From: a virus
Lineage: Duplodnaviria > Caudoviricetes
Strand: one strand, 5' to 3'
DNA length: 64,000 nucleotides
Virus record (IMG/VR): IMGVR_UViG_3300015615_000196
Coordinates: 1 to 64,000 of that record
The notes beneath the pieces are model-generated. The model searched no databases. It saw only the letters and a program-made list of their open reading frames with translations, and was not told the origin of the DNA. Positions 1-11,087 of this stretch are shown here, piece after piece. The position numbers and the translations under genes were made by a program. Position 1 is the stretch's first letter; every line of letters begins with the position of its first letter.

Positions 1-8
1 AAAAACAT

Positions 9-836
9 GTTGTTGATCTATTGAATTTGAAAGGTAGTCACAACACATAGGTACTACTTAATCGGTATGACTTTGTTGTTGATCTATTGAATTTGAAAGG
101 TAGTCACAACTTCTTGCTTCAAATCGAATTAAAAGAGTTCGTTGTTGATCTATTGAATTTGAAAGGTAGTCACAACGACAATCTATCAGGCTCAGAAAAA
201 TCAGAAGTTGTTGATCTTTTGAATTTGAAAGGTAGTCACAACCAAAGCAGGTTGACAAATTTGCTCCCGATTCGTTGTTGATCTATTGAATTTGAAAGGT
301 AGTCACAACCATAGTTTGTAACAGTGAACGGCTCACCATGAAAGGTAGTCACAACTTTCGATCAAACCATGACTTGGTTGTTGATCTATAGAATTTGAAA
401 GGTAGTCACAACTACAAGTACTTGATTGACACCAAGCAATTCGTTGTTGATCTATAGAATTTGAAAGGTAGTCACAACAATGCATTAATTGTAGGTCTTT
501 TCAATCAAGTTGTTGATCTATAGAATTTGAAAGGTAGTCACAACCCGAACCCTCCCTGACAGAGTTGTTGATCTATAGAATTTGAAAGGTAGTCACAACA
601 TAATGCTTGTAGCAAGTTTTAATTTGAAAGGTTCTCACAACCGATTCACCTGTCTGAAAAGTATAAAGGGTTGTTGATAATCACCTTAATTTTGAAAGGT
701 AGTCACAACTAAATATGATGATCCCTCATATCCGTTATTGATCAATACAATTTGAAAGGTAATCACAACTTTATGGTCTATACTGCTCACAGGGGACTGT
801 GTTGTCGATCACTATAATTTGAAAGGTAATCACAAC
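9..836 (+). CRISPR. CRISPR array, degenerate (trailer) end; may continue left of window; no cas genes in window
   Basis: 36-nt repeat GTTGTTGATCTA(T/A)GAATTTGAAAGGTAGTCACAAC at 9,75,141,207,274,377,443,509,564; 5'-truncated copies at 339-355 and ~621-641; diverged copies at 670,734,801; spacers mostly 30-31 nt, shorter near degenerate copies. Confidence 0.97.
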
Positions 837-849
837 CATAATGTGCTTA

Positions 850-875
850 TGCAACTTTTTTTGATGGTTTACGTA
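850..875 (+). promoter_or_regulatory. ECF-type promoter TGCAAC-N16-CGTA
   Basis: Matches the window-wide AAC-N16/17-CGT motif; upstream of DUF262 gene. Confidence 0.7.
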
Positions 876-897
876 TAATTAAATCAGGTAATCACAA

Positions 898-1527
898 TTG
901 AAAAACAAGCCATTTACCCCTAAAACGGACGTTGAACCCCGATCAGCAGACCAGAAACGGTATGATGATTACGTGCATACGCCCGGAAAGTTGTCGGCTA
1001 CCGTGTTCAAAACACACTTGCCGTTCAACGTAAACAAGGGGCTTGCTGGCTTTGAAATCCCTGATGTACTGGACGAGTCCTATTACAAACTGGACTTCGA
1101 TGTGTACTTGCCAAGCAAGAAGATGAACCTTCAACGTCCTTTAGTCTGGACGTTACAGCAGAAGCAAGAACTCATTTACTCCATCCTCAAGGAAATCTAT
1201 ATCCCACCGATCACTGCCGTACAGCACACGGAAGATGACAATAAGAAAATACGCATACTCAAGATCATTGACGGCAAGCAACGCCTGACTACCGTTATCG
1301 CTTTCTACAGAGGCGAATTCTCCATTGAGCATGACGGCAAGCAATACCACTTCGATGACCTTGCCAACCAAGCAAAGAGACTGGTTGAAAACTGTTTTCG
1401 CTTTGACGTAGGCTATTCCTACTACGACAATCCTGTCACCGATGAACAACTGGTAAGTTGGTTTCAAATGATAAATTTTGCTGGCACTCCACAGGATAAG
1501 GAACACATGGATAAACTGAATAGGTAA
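898..1527 (+). CDS. DUF262 (GmrSD/ParB-Srx fold) domain protein
   Basis: Motifs QRPLVW...KQELIYSI...IPPI and IIDGKQRLTT. Confidence 0.85.
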   Translation: MKNKPFTPKTDVEPRSADQKRYDDYVHTPGKLSATVFKTHLPFNVNKGLAGFEIPDVLDESYYKLDFDVYLPSKKMNLQRPLVWTLQQKQELIYSILKEIYIPPITAVQHTEDDNKKIRILKIIDGKQRLTTVIAFYRGEFSIEHDGKQYHFDDLANQAKRLVENCFRFDVGYSYYDNPVTDEQLVSWFQMINFAGTPQDKEHMDKLNR

Positions 1528-1534
1528 TCACAAC

Positions 1535-2002
1535 ATGGAATATATTCGCAACAACCCCGAAGTATCGGAAGCATTCAAAAATGAAGAAGTCCAACTTTTC
1601 TTTCAAAGGTTCCTGAGAGAAATGGAAGACCCGTATGTCCTCAAGCAATTCCTGATTAACGGGTATGAGAAGACTTGGAAGGAACAATTCGACCAGATCA
1701 GGAAATCATTCAAGGTCATTACCTATGCCAAGAAAAAAGAAGATGGCTTCCTTGAAGTAGAACGAATCGTAGACGGTGTAAGATTCAAGGTCGGTGATAA
1801 AGTCGTTGACCTTGTGGCCAAAGAAAATTCGAAGGAACGCATCCTGCCGATTGGAAGACTGTACGAAGATGATCGTGGTCTTCATGTACGGCTTGATGTC
1901 ATTCCTGAACCAAACCTCACACTCACTTGGAGAGACTTGTCAACGGTTGAACATGCCAATCCTGTAATTAAAGAACTAAGAGACTACGGAAAACTTAAAT
2001 AA
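1535..2002 (+). CDS. hypothetical phage protein
   Basis: 155-aa ORF co-directional and tightly packed with neighbours. Confidence 0.75.
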   Translation: MEYIRNNPEVSEAFKNEEVQLFFQRFLREMEDPYVLKQFLINGYEKTWKEQFDQIRKSFKVITYAKKKEDGFLEVERIVDGVRFKVGDKVVDLVAKENSKERILPIGRLYEDDRGLHVRLDVIPEPNLTLTWRDLSTVEHANPVIKELRDYGKLK

Positions 2003-2087
2003 ATTATGAACCTAACTCAATTATTGGACTTCCTCAAAGACGGTGATCACTTCTTGGGATTTATTATCGTATTGATCATCGTACTCA

Positions 2088-3830
2088 GTGGAACAGTCCA
2101 GATCATCAAAGCAATCAAAGGAAAGAAAACGGACTGATGGGAAAATTATGATAACGATTAAAGGATTTCCACTATTGCATGAAGATGAATGCGATACGAT
2201 GTTTAGTGCAGACCAATCATGGGCTGGCGAATTTTTCATTAAACCAAAATATAAGTGGTTGCCAGATTCTCGTGAGGACGAAGAACGAGAAGGATATTTA
2301 TTAAAAGACATAAAACCCGGAATGTATCTGGTTGGTCTTGAGGTTATTTCTGATCGTTGGCTTAATAAAGGATTCTGTGCAATGTTATTGAATCACTATG
2401 GACTTGTTTTGGATGAATCGTATCCTATGGCACGAATGGATAATTATAAACACGAAAAAACGTATGTTCATTATTCTTTTGAACACATCACAGATCATTC
2501 CCACAACCCACTTGAAGTATCTTTAGATTAATGGCAAAGAAGAAAACCAAAAAGCCCGTCAAACTCGCAGAGTGGAAAATCCGTGAATGTTACAACGGAG
2601 AAGGTGAATTTACCACATGGGAGATCACCAACGAAGCTGTCATACACTCCTGTATATGTTATGACGAGAATGATGCAATTTTCATTTGTGCAATCCTAAA
2701 TAAACAACGAGAACATGAACAACAAGATAATAAAAATCGGTAAACTGGTGAGTGTCGATGCAACACTTCCTGATGGAGAATATCAGGGAGTTTGGGGTGG
2801 ATTCACTATTCACGTAACCACTCCTGCCGACCGTCAGGGATACGAACTCAAAACCAATAGCGGAGTTAAGGGTTTCGGTATTCCAGTAGTTGTCAATATC
2901 GTAAATGGTGAGGCAACATTTGAGGAAAACAAACAAAACAAGAGATAACATGGAACGCTTCGAAGTAATTGGAAGGGGAGAAATCGAAATGAAACGGCTT
3001 CATTTACCTTTGACTATCAAATGTAAATGTCCTAAGTGCAATACCATTGCCGAACACGACTTCGAAGACAACTACCTGAGTTATCCAACGGTAAACAAGG
3101 AAGAAACTATTGCCGTGTACTGCAAGCAATGTGAAGACTGGTTCCAGCAGAAGATCATACTCAAAATTGCAATCGAAGTTCAATAACTTATGGCACTCAC
3201 ATTCACAGCAGAAGAAACAGCACAGGCTCTTGTCGAACAGAGTTTCCCTGTATCAAAGTACAAGAAAAACGTACAGGACAGAAGGGTAGAAAGAATGAAA
3301 CTCTGGAAGGAAAGAGGGGTAAAGGCATTGATCGAACACGAACAAGAACTCATTGAACACGGAGAAAAGGTAATTGCCCTGATGGAAGCTGCTTATCTGA
3401 AAAGAACGATAAACGGCTTGCTGAATGATAATCTTAATTAACAAGGCAAAGATCAAGAGATTCAAGTTCCGACAGGCACTTATCCCTGTAAGAGAAAAGG
3501 AATATATCCCACCGGGAATAATCTACGTTAGTTTAAAATCCGTTCTGGTAGAATCGAAGACGGTGAGGTATCGAATTAATGACAACAATCGCACTGGTTA
3601 ATAAGGAAAAATTACGGAAATTTACAATTCGTCCATGTTCCCTCCTTACAAGGGAACTGATCGAAGATTTCAAAGATCGAATCGAAGAAACCTTAATTAA
3701 TTTTAAAGCATATCATAGTATCAATGCAGAAGAAGAACTTACCAAACTCCTGTTCAATGAACTGATGAAAGCACAACGTCTTGCAGAGGCAAAGAGGATT
3801 GCTGCAAAGTCGATTGTAAAACGATTTTAA
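2088..3830 (+). other. run of short hypothetical ORFs (2088-2531, 2531-2743, 2715-2948, 2950-3186, 3190-3441, ~3425-3601, 3579-3830)
   Basis: Abutting/overlapping start-stop codons on + strand; 2950-3186 has CxC-x-C/CxxC zinc-ribbon pattern. Confidence 0.7.
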
Positions 3831-3833
3831 CAA

Positions 3834-4613
3834 ATGACATTCAATAGAAAAATTAAAAGACAGTGGTGGTATAAGCTGATTTTCAAACCAGACATCTACC
3901 TGAAAGCATTATTGGTAAGTGCATTCGGTGTGGGAATTATCACGACAATCCTCATATTCCTTTTCGGTGGCGGTCACACCGAAACAATTCCACCTGCATT
4001 CCATAGTATTCTCGGTGTGGTATTAGGTTTGTTACTGGTCTTTAGAACGAATACGGCATATGACAGATGGTGGAAAGGTCGTGAGTACTTATCCAACATC
4101 GAAGCAAACTACACGTATATGAAGTCCAAGATCGAGACAACTTCTATGTTAAGCAACCAGAGAAAGATGATCGAAATGATGGTAGATTCATTGGACTTGC
4201 TACAAGCATTCCTGATCAAAGAAGATCATATGGAAACAAAAACACAGTTTCTAAAACAAATCCATTTGCTCTTTATCGAAGACAAACGCAACAACTACGG
4301 AATAGAGACAGTCTTAAAGGAAGTAATTGACAACTTCAATTCATTAGAAAGAATTCGAGATACCCCAATTCCACAATCATATTCCCTGCATATCAAGGTT
4401 TCAATTCTACTGTACTTCCTGACCCTACCATTCGGTATACTGTATGAAATGGGCTACCTATCAATTGTGCTGGTAATGATCCTGTATTACGTAGTAGCTG
4501 GAATCGAGATCATATCCAATGAAATAGAAAACCCGTTCACAGGTGACCCAAATGATTTACCAGTGGAAACATATATTGCCAGTTTAAAACGACAATTGTT
4601 AATAACGTACTGA
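3834..4613 (+). CDS. bestrophin-family (YneE/UPF0187-like) ion channel
   Basis: LGLLLVFRTNTAYDRWW, ERIRDTPIPQSY and IENPFxGDxNDLP motifs; hydrophobic segments. Confidence 0.9.
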   Translation: MTFNRKIKRQWWYKLIFKPDIYLKALLVSAFGVGIITTILIFLFGGGHTETIPPAFHSILGVVLGLLLVFRTNTAYDRWWKGREYLSNIEANYTYMKSKIETTSMLSNQRKMIEMMVDSLDLLQAFLIKEDHMETKTQFLKQIHLLFIEDKRNNYGIETVLKEVIDNFNSLERIRDTPIPQSYSLHIKVSILLYFLTLPFGILYEMGYLSIVLVMILYYVVAGIEIISNEIENPFTGDPNDLPVETYIASLKRQLLITY

Positions 4614-4671
4614 CTTAAACGACTTTTGTTTTTTATAATTTTTTACAGTAGATTTGTTTACCGTGTTCGAT

Positions 4672-5292
4672 ATGAGCGAATCAATTACTGAATACCGTAT
4701 ACTACCACACAAGACCTTCATCGCAGACCTCTATCTGCAATTCAAACGTACACGGGTTGTAAAAACATGGTTTGGATTCGGTAAGGAAAAAGAGATTATT
4801 GAATGGTGCTATATCCCGGAGAAAAGCTATCCCGAAGTATTCGGATATTGGCTCTCCACCTATTCAGCACCAAGTAAGTTGCCCTTTGGACGGGAAGCGG
4901 AATTCATTAGTTGCTTTGCAGAACAGGAGAGTTTCGATGTCATACCGTTTACCAAACGTTACCCGGACATTGAACAGTACTTCGAGCACTTGCGAAACAT
5001 TCGTCAACAATACTTGGAGACAAAGGAAAGACAACGAAAGAACCGCAAAGTGCAATACCTGAGCCTACTATTCACATTCATACTGGTAACGACTACGGCA
5101 GGATGTACAGTAGTCGAGCAGGATTGTAAAACCGATGTTGAAGTACGGTATAAGAGCACTGGTATATTAGACACGGTTGAAGTAAAGGGCAAGACCCCAC
5201 ACCTACACAAAAACGGATGCCTTTATGCACAGGGTGATGCCGTTGTCTGTGATGTCAGTAGTGCAAGAAAGTTGAACGTAAACTGCAAGTAA
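4672..5292 (+). CDS. hypothetical protein with internal hydrophobic/lipobox-like segment
   Basis: Long ORF; LLFTFILVTTTAGC segment. Confidence 0.6.
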   Translation: MSESITEYRILPHKTFIADLYLQFKRTRVVKTWFGFGKEKEIIEWCYIPEKSYPEVFGYWLSTYSAPSKLPFGREAEFISCFAEQESFDVIPFTKRYPDIEQYFEHLRNIRQQYLETKERQRKNRKVQYLSLLFTFILVTTTAGCTVVEQDCKTDVEVRYKSTGILDTVEVKGKTPHLHKNGCLYAQGDAVVCDVSSARKLNVNCK

Positions 5293-5293
5293 G

Positions 5294-6129
5294 ATGAACG
5301 ACACATTACACCCGCTCACGGTTTTCCGTAATAGACTGTTGAAGATTGGCATTGATCTACAGTTCTTTGGGAATTACCCTTGGATTTATATCGATTCGAT
5401 AAACGGAATGAGGGTAAAGGAGAAGTTCGAAGCCGATCATGGATTCACTGTGGCCTTCCATCCACTTAGAAAAGAAGACCCATTCGAATTCACGGACTTG
5501 AGGGTTATATTTAATTTGATTAGAACCTATGTTGAACTTAATAATCCTTAATGTTCACAAGTTGCGGAACCTCCGATTTGATGCTGATAAAGCAGCCGAC
5601 TTATTGAAAGTAGGAGATCGGGGAGCATACGGAACGGTGGACTGGATATTCTTGGCAAGTAGATATGGGAACCAGCACTTGTTTAGATTTGAACAACCTG
5701 AGAACAACGTGAAGGTAAATGTTTTCAGGTGCAAGAACCATGAACTACTCGAACAAATAGAACGGTTTATGCTGGAACACTATACCTTCCCTGACCAGCC
5801 TGTCGATCCTCTTGCATGGACTTTTGCCGGATAAATATGTATTTTACTTTATGGACACGATACTGATAAACCGTACACGGCTACTAAAGTGGAAGATCAG
5901 GGAAGTAAAAGCAAGTGGAGTGCTTGACGAACATCACTGGTTCTATGACGGATCGTTTGTACTGGAAGGACAAAGGTATTTGCGCTTTCGTGTGTTTCAT
6001 GACCAGCATGTTTTTATCGGAGCAGTAGAAGACAATGAGAAACTATGGGACATCAGAGAGGTAGCTGAAAAGATTGTCAGTTATATCATGGTTAAACGTA
6101 CCATAATTCCATACTTAGGCGTACTTTAG
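5294..6129 (+). other. three short hypothetical ORFs (5294-5551, 5529-5834, ~5851-6129)
   Basis: Packed co-directional ORFs ending the + block. Confidence 0.65.
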
Positions 6130-6532
6130 CACTGTTGACCGAATACGGTGAAACTGCATTCTGAGCGAATAGAACGGTAATTAGTCCCACAATCACCCAC
6201 AACACTCCACAAAACAACACCCCTACATAGACACGATGTCTAAGTTCATGTCTATGTTGGCATTTTTGCACGTCCCACACGCCACAAATCAATAGCTTAA
6301 ATAACTTTTCAAAAACTTAAATTATATTTTTTTATAATCCGTGTTCACTCTAACCGTGTTCTCTGCGCCCCGTGTGCAGTTCGAGCCGAGTACAAACCTT
6401 AATTAGATTTCGAACACGGAAACTTAGATAGGTTTTCGTCCGTACCTTAATTAGTTTATTGTGTTGTACGGTTACACGTACAATGTGCTGCCGTTGTCGA
6501 TCCGTACACGGGAGTGAAACCTTAGATAAGTT

Positions 6533-6672
6533 TTATATGGGATCGCATATAAAGAACACGGGAACCCGGACATTGTATGTGATAGCATATAGTTATACCC
6601 GATGGGGTATAAAGCAGGATCGAACACGGTGATTTATACCTGATCGGGTATAATGTTCCCGAACGGGAATAT
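6533..6672. repeat. four related 20-bp imperfect palindromes in the convergence zone
   Basis: TTATATGGGATCGCATATAA (6533), TTATACCCGATGGGGTATAA (6593), TTATACCTGATCGGGTATAA (6634), ATGTTCCCGAACGGGAATAT (6653). Confidence 0.8.
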
Positions 6673-6705
6673 GTACTCCGTACAATGTATGAACAGGGGA
6701 GAATG

Positions 6706-9375
6706 TTACCGAGCGGTAACTTTTATCCGTGTGCGTTCTGGTACAAGGGTAATGTCATTGATATGTTTGACGTGCACGGGCATCCCGTCAATGGTTACTT
6801 GTAAGTCCCAACCCATTATCTGGTTGCTGCCGATGAACGTACAGGTTCCCGTACATTGTACCCTTTTGTTATGGATGACTTTGCCGTAGTTATCCCTGTC
6901 CTCCACGAACACGGAGATTTTCTTATTTAAGAATTGGGATTCTAATACGGCAAGTAGTTGGGCATTCATCGTTTCCGTGTGCGTCTCTGTAAATAGGACA
7001 TGGGGAATTTTGAATAGTAGTAATGCTGCATTTCCCACCAGTGGATTTCATCCATAGTGAGAGCAAGCCGTATTAGGTGCTTGAACCATCGCCAACGGTA
7101 TAGCCAGCACATAGGTTAAATTAGTTTTGAAACCATTTTAATTGCATGTCGGTATGCCACGATTTTACCCCAAGCACATTCCTTAGTTCTCATATCAGTT
7201 GATCCGTGTTCGGCAAGTTCCTTCAAGGAATTCTCATGGATGATTTCAGCTACTTCGAGTCTTTGTTTAAGGTCTGAAAGTATTTTGGTTTTCATACCTA
7301 ATCGTACCGAGAACAGAATTCCGTACACGGCAAGGGTAAAGACCACGATTAATAAAATGATGTCTACTACCATAGGTTATTTAATTGCGTCAAAGAATAC
7401 CTTGCCGAATGGGAGGAAGGGCTTTTTGGGCTTTCTCAGGAATTGCTTACCTGCCTTCTTCTGGACATTGTAGTCCTTCATCTTCCTGTCATACTCGTGC
7501 TGGATGGTCATCAACTGTGCCAGCATGAATACATATCCTGCGTAAACGGACACGGATCGTTTGCTGCCTTTTGGTCTTAGGGTGAGGACATCACCGGGTT
7601 CCAAGGTCAGGATGATTGCTCTTCCCTTCCTATCCGTTGCCATTAGTTCACGCTTGACTCGTTTGTGTAGTTTGGTTGCCATATGCTTTTATTGTAGTTG
7701 GTATTGAATTTCTCCGTTGTTGATTACCCCGACATCCTTGATCACCTTGGCACGTTCCAGATCGGTAAGGGCGAATGACCAGCCGTATTCGGACATGTGC
7801 TGTAGGTGAGTCTTCTTGAACAACTCGTCCTGTGTCATCGGCAAGTTACCATTTTCTTTGAGCACGGTGACTATGTCGTCAGCGATCTTTTTGAGTTGGG
7901 ATGTCAGTGTTACCTTTGTCATGTACATTGTTACTTTTGGATGTTATCAATTACCGTGTTCAATTCTGCCAGCAGTGCACGGTTCCTTTCGAAGGCACTA
8001 CTATGGTGATACGCAACTTCACTCTTTAGGTTGGGGCTATAGGTGATGTTACTGATCAATCCGTACATTGCCCACCAGAGGGATGCAGCAGGGTTCTTTG
8101 CATTAGCTGCCGGGTCACCGTTGACGAACCCGTACTTGTGCAGCATGTCATGGATGAACCCATATGCTGGTTTACTCCACTCTTCCAGTTCTTGGTAGTG
8201 TGTCTTCTTGGAAGCCGTGTTCTGCCATTCAATCACCTTATGGTGGTAGAGGTGCAGGTCACTCAGGACATCAGCAGAGACTCGCTTTGCTGCATCGATA
8301 CAGTCCTGTGTACGGGGAAATATCTTGTTACTTGTCATCTTTTCGCAGAAAATTAATTAAGATTTCCTTTGCCTTGTACACCTCATAGACCTCCTTGGTC
8401 ACTTCGCCTACTTCCTGTTCGAAGGAATGTTGACCAGCCGATACTTCGGTCATCTGGATGTACTTGCCATCCTTTTCCACAATCCAGTCATGGGGTGGAA
8501 TTGGATGGACTTGTTCGAGCACGGAGATCGGATCGACCTCTACATGCAATCGGGTTGTCCCGTATACTGTTACTTTTTTCATCATTTAGAATGTGAAGGT
8601 TTGGTTGAACTTACCATCCGAACTCTTTACGATGGCTCCGTAAAACTCACCACCTCTTTTCAGGATGTTGATCCGGGTCATTGCCTGTGCTTCTGTAGAC
8701 AGGGTTCTAACCGTTGCATTTTTCTTCTTGGTGAAATCTGCCTTGGTTTCGAAGGCACTCACTTTGTAGGTTGTTGTCTTGGTTTTCATACTCATTCTAA
8801 CGGACACGGGTTTCAAAGGTTTCAACAAATGTCACCTTTTTTCGAAAATTGGTGACAAAGAGAAGATGGATTTCTACAATTTCGATCATCGGCTGCGTTT
8901 CCTTTGATCGGCTCTCCTACTTGATTCGTAGTATATTATACGGATAACCGTGTTCAAGGTTTCAAAAACTTTACAGTTTTTGTAAACTATTACGAAGGGG
9001 GTTCGAGAGGATTTGTCACCCTAACCTTTGAAAACCTTATATAAGTTTTGTGAAATCTGAACTGGTACGGAACTTCCTTCCTATTACTTCATTCCAGATT
9101 ACGATGTCGAGTTGCTTGCTGTAGACGTTGTCATTGAGTGTGACGGTAGCCGTGTACTTACATCCATCCTCGATTACGATTGACTTATAGTGTGCCAGCA
9201 GCCGATGATCCAGAGGGTCTCTGTTGACTTCTCCGGTTTCCAGATCGGTGAGGCGTGAAGAGTCCCATACAAGAACACGGTCGCCAACTGCCTTGGTCTT
9301 ACCGTCATGGTTCTTGTTGATAGTCTCGTTTACGAATTGGAGAAAGGGGTTGTTATCTACTGAATCTTCAAACAT
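6706..9375 (-). other. run of short hypothetical ORFs (6706-6969, 7116-7373, 7377-7682, 7689-7922, 7931-8338, 8328-8585, 8586-8790, 9037-9375)
   Basis: Packed minus-strand ORFs with phage-like composition. Confidence 0.7.
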
Positions 9376-9545
9376 CGTTGCTCATTGAAAAGGGTGATAC
9401 AAGTAACCATAGGCCGTTTACGATGATGACCAGTACGAAGGTGAGTGCACCGGGTAGCTGGTAAATTTCGCTTACGATTGTAATGAGCACGGTGATGATC
9501 ATCATCACCACCGTGTTCTTATCTGCTTGTGTTAGCTTCATAGTC

Positions 9546-10121
9546 TTAGCGTCTCATTTCTACAGGGAGAGTTGTCATCAATGCAGTACGTGCGTGATGC
9601 AGTGTTGCCTTGACCGTGCCAAGTGGCAGGTTGAGTTCGGTGGAGATTTCATCATATGAAAGCCCATCGAAGAAGTGCAGGGATGCGATCAGCTTCTGGT
9701 TCTCAGGAAGGGTCTCGAACTTCTCGTACATTGTACGTGCCACCTCTTTGTGGATCAGGGCTTCCTCCGGGTTTGACTCACGATCACGGAGTGCGTGAAG
9801 CTGGTCAATCTGCGGATGTTCACCTTGTTGCCATTCGACATAGACTTGGTCGAGCGGAACTGTGGACAATGTCTTCTTACGGATGTGGTCGATGACCGTG
9901 TTCTTTGCAATGTTGAACAACCACGTCTGGAACTTGGAGAGTTCTTCCTTGTATGTGTGCAAGGACTTGTGGACTTTGATCATGACATCTGAGGCGAGTT
10001 CTTCTGCCGTCATTTCGTCTTTGATCTTGGAGAGGATGAAGCCGTAGACCTTCCGGTTGTACTGCTTGTAAATGTTTTCGAATGTCATTGTCATTGGTGT
10101 ATAAGTTTCGTTTATACCCAA
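9546..10121 (-). CDS. RNA polymerase sigma-70 factor, ECF subfamily (SigW-like)
   Basis: Region 2 (AEELASDVMIKV...FQTWLFNIAKNTVIDHIRK) and region 4 HTH (LHFFDGLSYDEISTELNLPLGTVKATLHHAR). Confidence 0.95.
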   Translation of the reverse strand: MGINETYTPMTMTFENIYKQYNRKVYGFILSKIKDEMTAEELASDVMIKVHKSLHTYKEELSKFQTWLFNIAKNTVIDHIRKKTLSTVPLDQVYVEWQQGEHPQIDQLHALRDRESNPEEALIHKEVARTMYEKFETLPENQKLIASLHFFDGLSYDEISTELNLPLGTVKATLHHARTALMTTLPVEMRR

Positions 10122-10124
10122 TTG

Positions 10125-10151
10125 AACGGACGACCCGGTTACAAGGTTACG
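10125..10151 (-). promoter_or_regulatory. ECF-type promoter CGTAAC-N17-CGTT upstream of the sigma gene (possible autoregulation)
   Basis: Same motif as >30 other sites. Confidence 0.75.
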
Positions 10152-10362
10152 CTTTTCTGAACATTTTTCTTTGCATAAGTAGGGCAGGTGTATTGGCTAC
10201 AGGAGATCAGGAACCAAGTACATGCGATGACCAGCAAAAACTTAAATAACTTTTTCATAGACATAAATAGTTTGCTGATCAAAGGTAAACAGAAAGGGGG
10301 TAAAATAAAAAAAGGGTCGGTAACCAGCCGACCCCCAAACCAATAAACCGAAACCTAATTTC

Positions 10363-11085
10363 TTATTCTTCCAATCCCTTTTTGGTTGAGTATTGGATTG
10401 CTTCTTTGATTGCCTCCTGAGCGTTCTTGTCTGTTTTCGCACGGTCGTCAAGATATGTTACCTCACCAGTTTCCACACTTACCTTGGCGATTACCTTGCC
10501 ATCTGTGTCATCATCTGCATCGGATGTCCATGCATCGATATGGATCAGACCATCGTCTTCGAAATCATTCCTGATGTCTTTCCATATGGGGCCACGTTCC
10601 AGTGTTACCAGATCATTTGGCTGGCATTCGTGGGCATATGCACCTACTTCTGAACCTGCCTCGTTCTTGAGTCTGAGTTCTTCACCTTTGATTTCGATCA
10701 CGGTGTAAACTCCTGATGACGTGCCAGAAGGGTCTTTACCTGCTGTGTCTTCGTCCGGGTCAGTCCAGATCACAGAATCACCTACTTTAAATTCCTCTTC
10801 CTCAGTATACGATTCATGATCACGTTCTGTGCTGTATTCACGAGTCCAGTCTTCCTCCACCACTTCCCCTTCATCATTCAAATTGAAGAATTCAGGATCA
10901 CTTCCTTGGGCGCGAAGAGCCTTAGCCGCTTGTGCTGGTGTAAGTTCCTCGTAACCTTTCACATCCACCACACCAGAGCAATGCCCTTCTGTGATGTCGT
11001 ACTTGATCTGCTCAAGATCGGTGGAGTTGTACTTCACCTCACTGAGGATTTCGATTTGGATCGTGGTCTTAAAAAACTTTTTCAT
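10363..11085 (-). CDS. acidic hypothetical protein
   Basis: 240-aa ORF with A-rich start region; followed by hairpin-U tract at ~10306-10335. Confidence 0.75.
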   Translation of the reverse strand: MKKFFKTTIQIEILSEVKYNSTDLEQIKYDITEGHCSGVVDVKGYEELTPAQAAKALRAQGSDPEFFNLNDEGEVVEEDWTREYSTERDHESYTEEEEFKVGDSVIWTDPDEDTAGKDPSGTSSGVYTVIEIKGEELRLKNEAGSEVGAYAHECQPNDLVTLERGPIWKDIRNDFEDDGLIHIDAWTSDADDDTDGKVIAKVSVETGEVTYLDDRAKTDKNAQEAIKEAIQYSTKKGLEE

Positions 11086-11087
11086 GG

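Noticed and set aside
58-281. ORFs with repeated VVDLLNLKGSHN / CDYLSNSIDQQ peptides
   Set aside because: Artefact of 66-nt repeat-spacer units; frame breaks at the first spacer and at the 31-nt spacer
45-800. Self-targeting spacers
   Set aside because: No match to the rest of the window seen by eye; needs a computed alignment, so no claim is made
7060-7100. Fluoride riboswitch (GGCGATGG)
   Set aside because: Pseudoknot partner and conserved 3' elements not found
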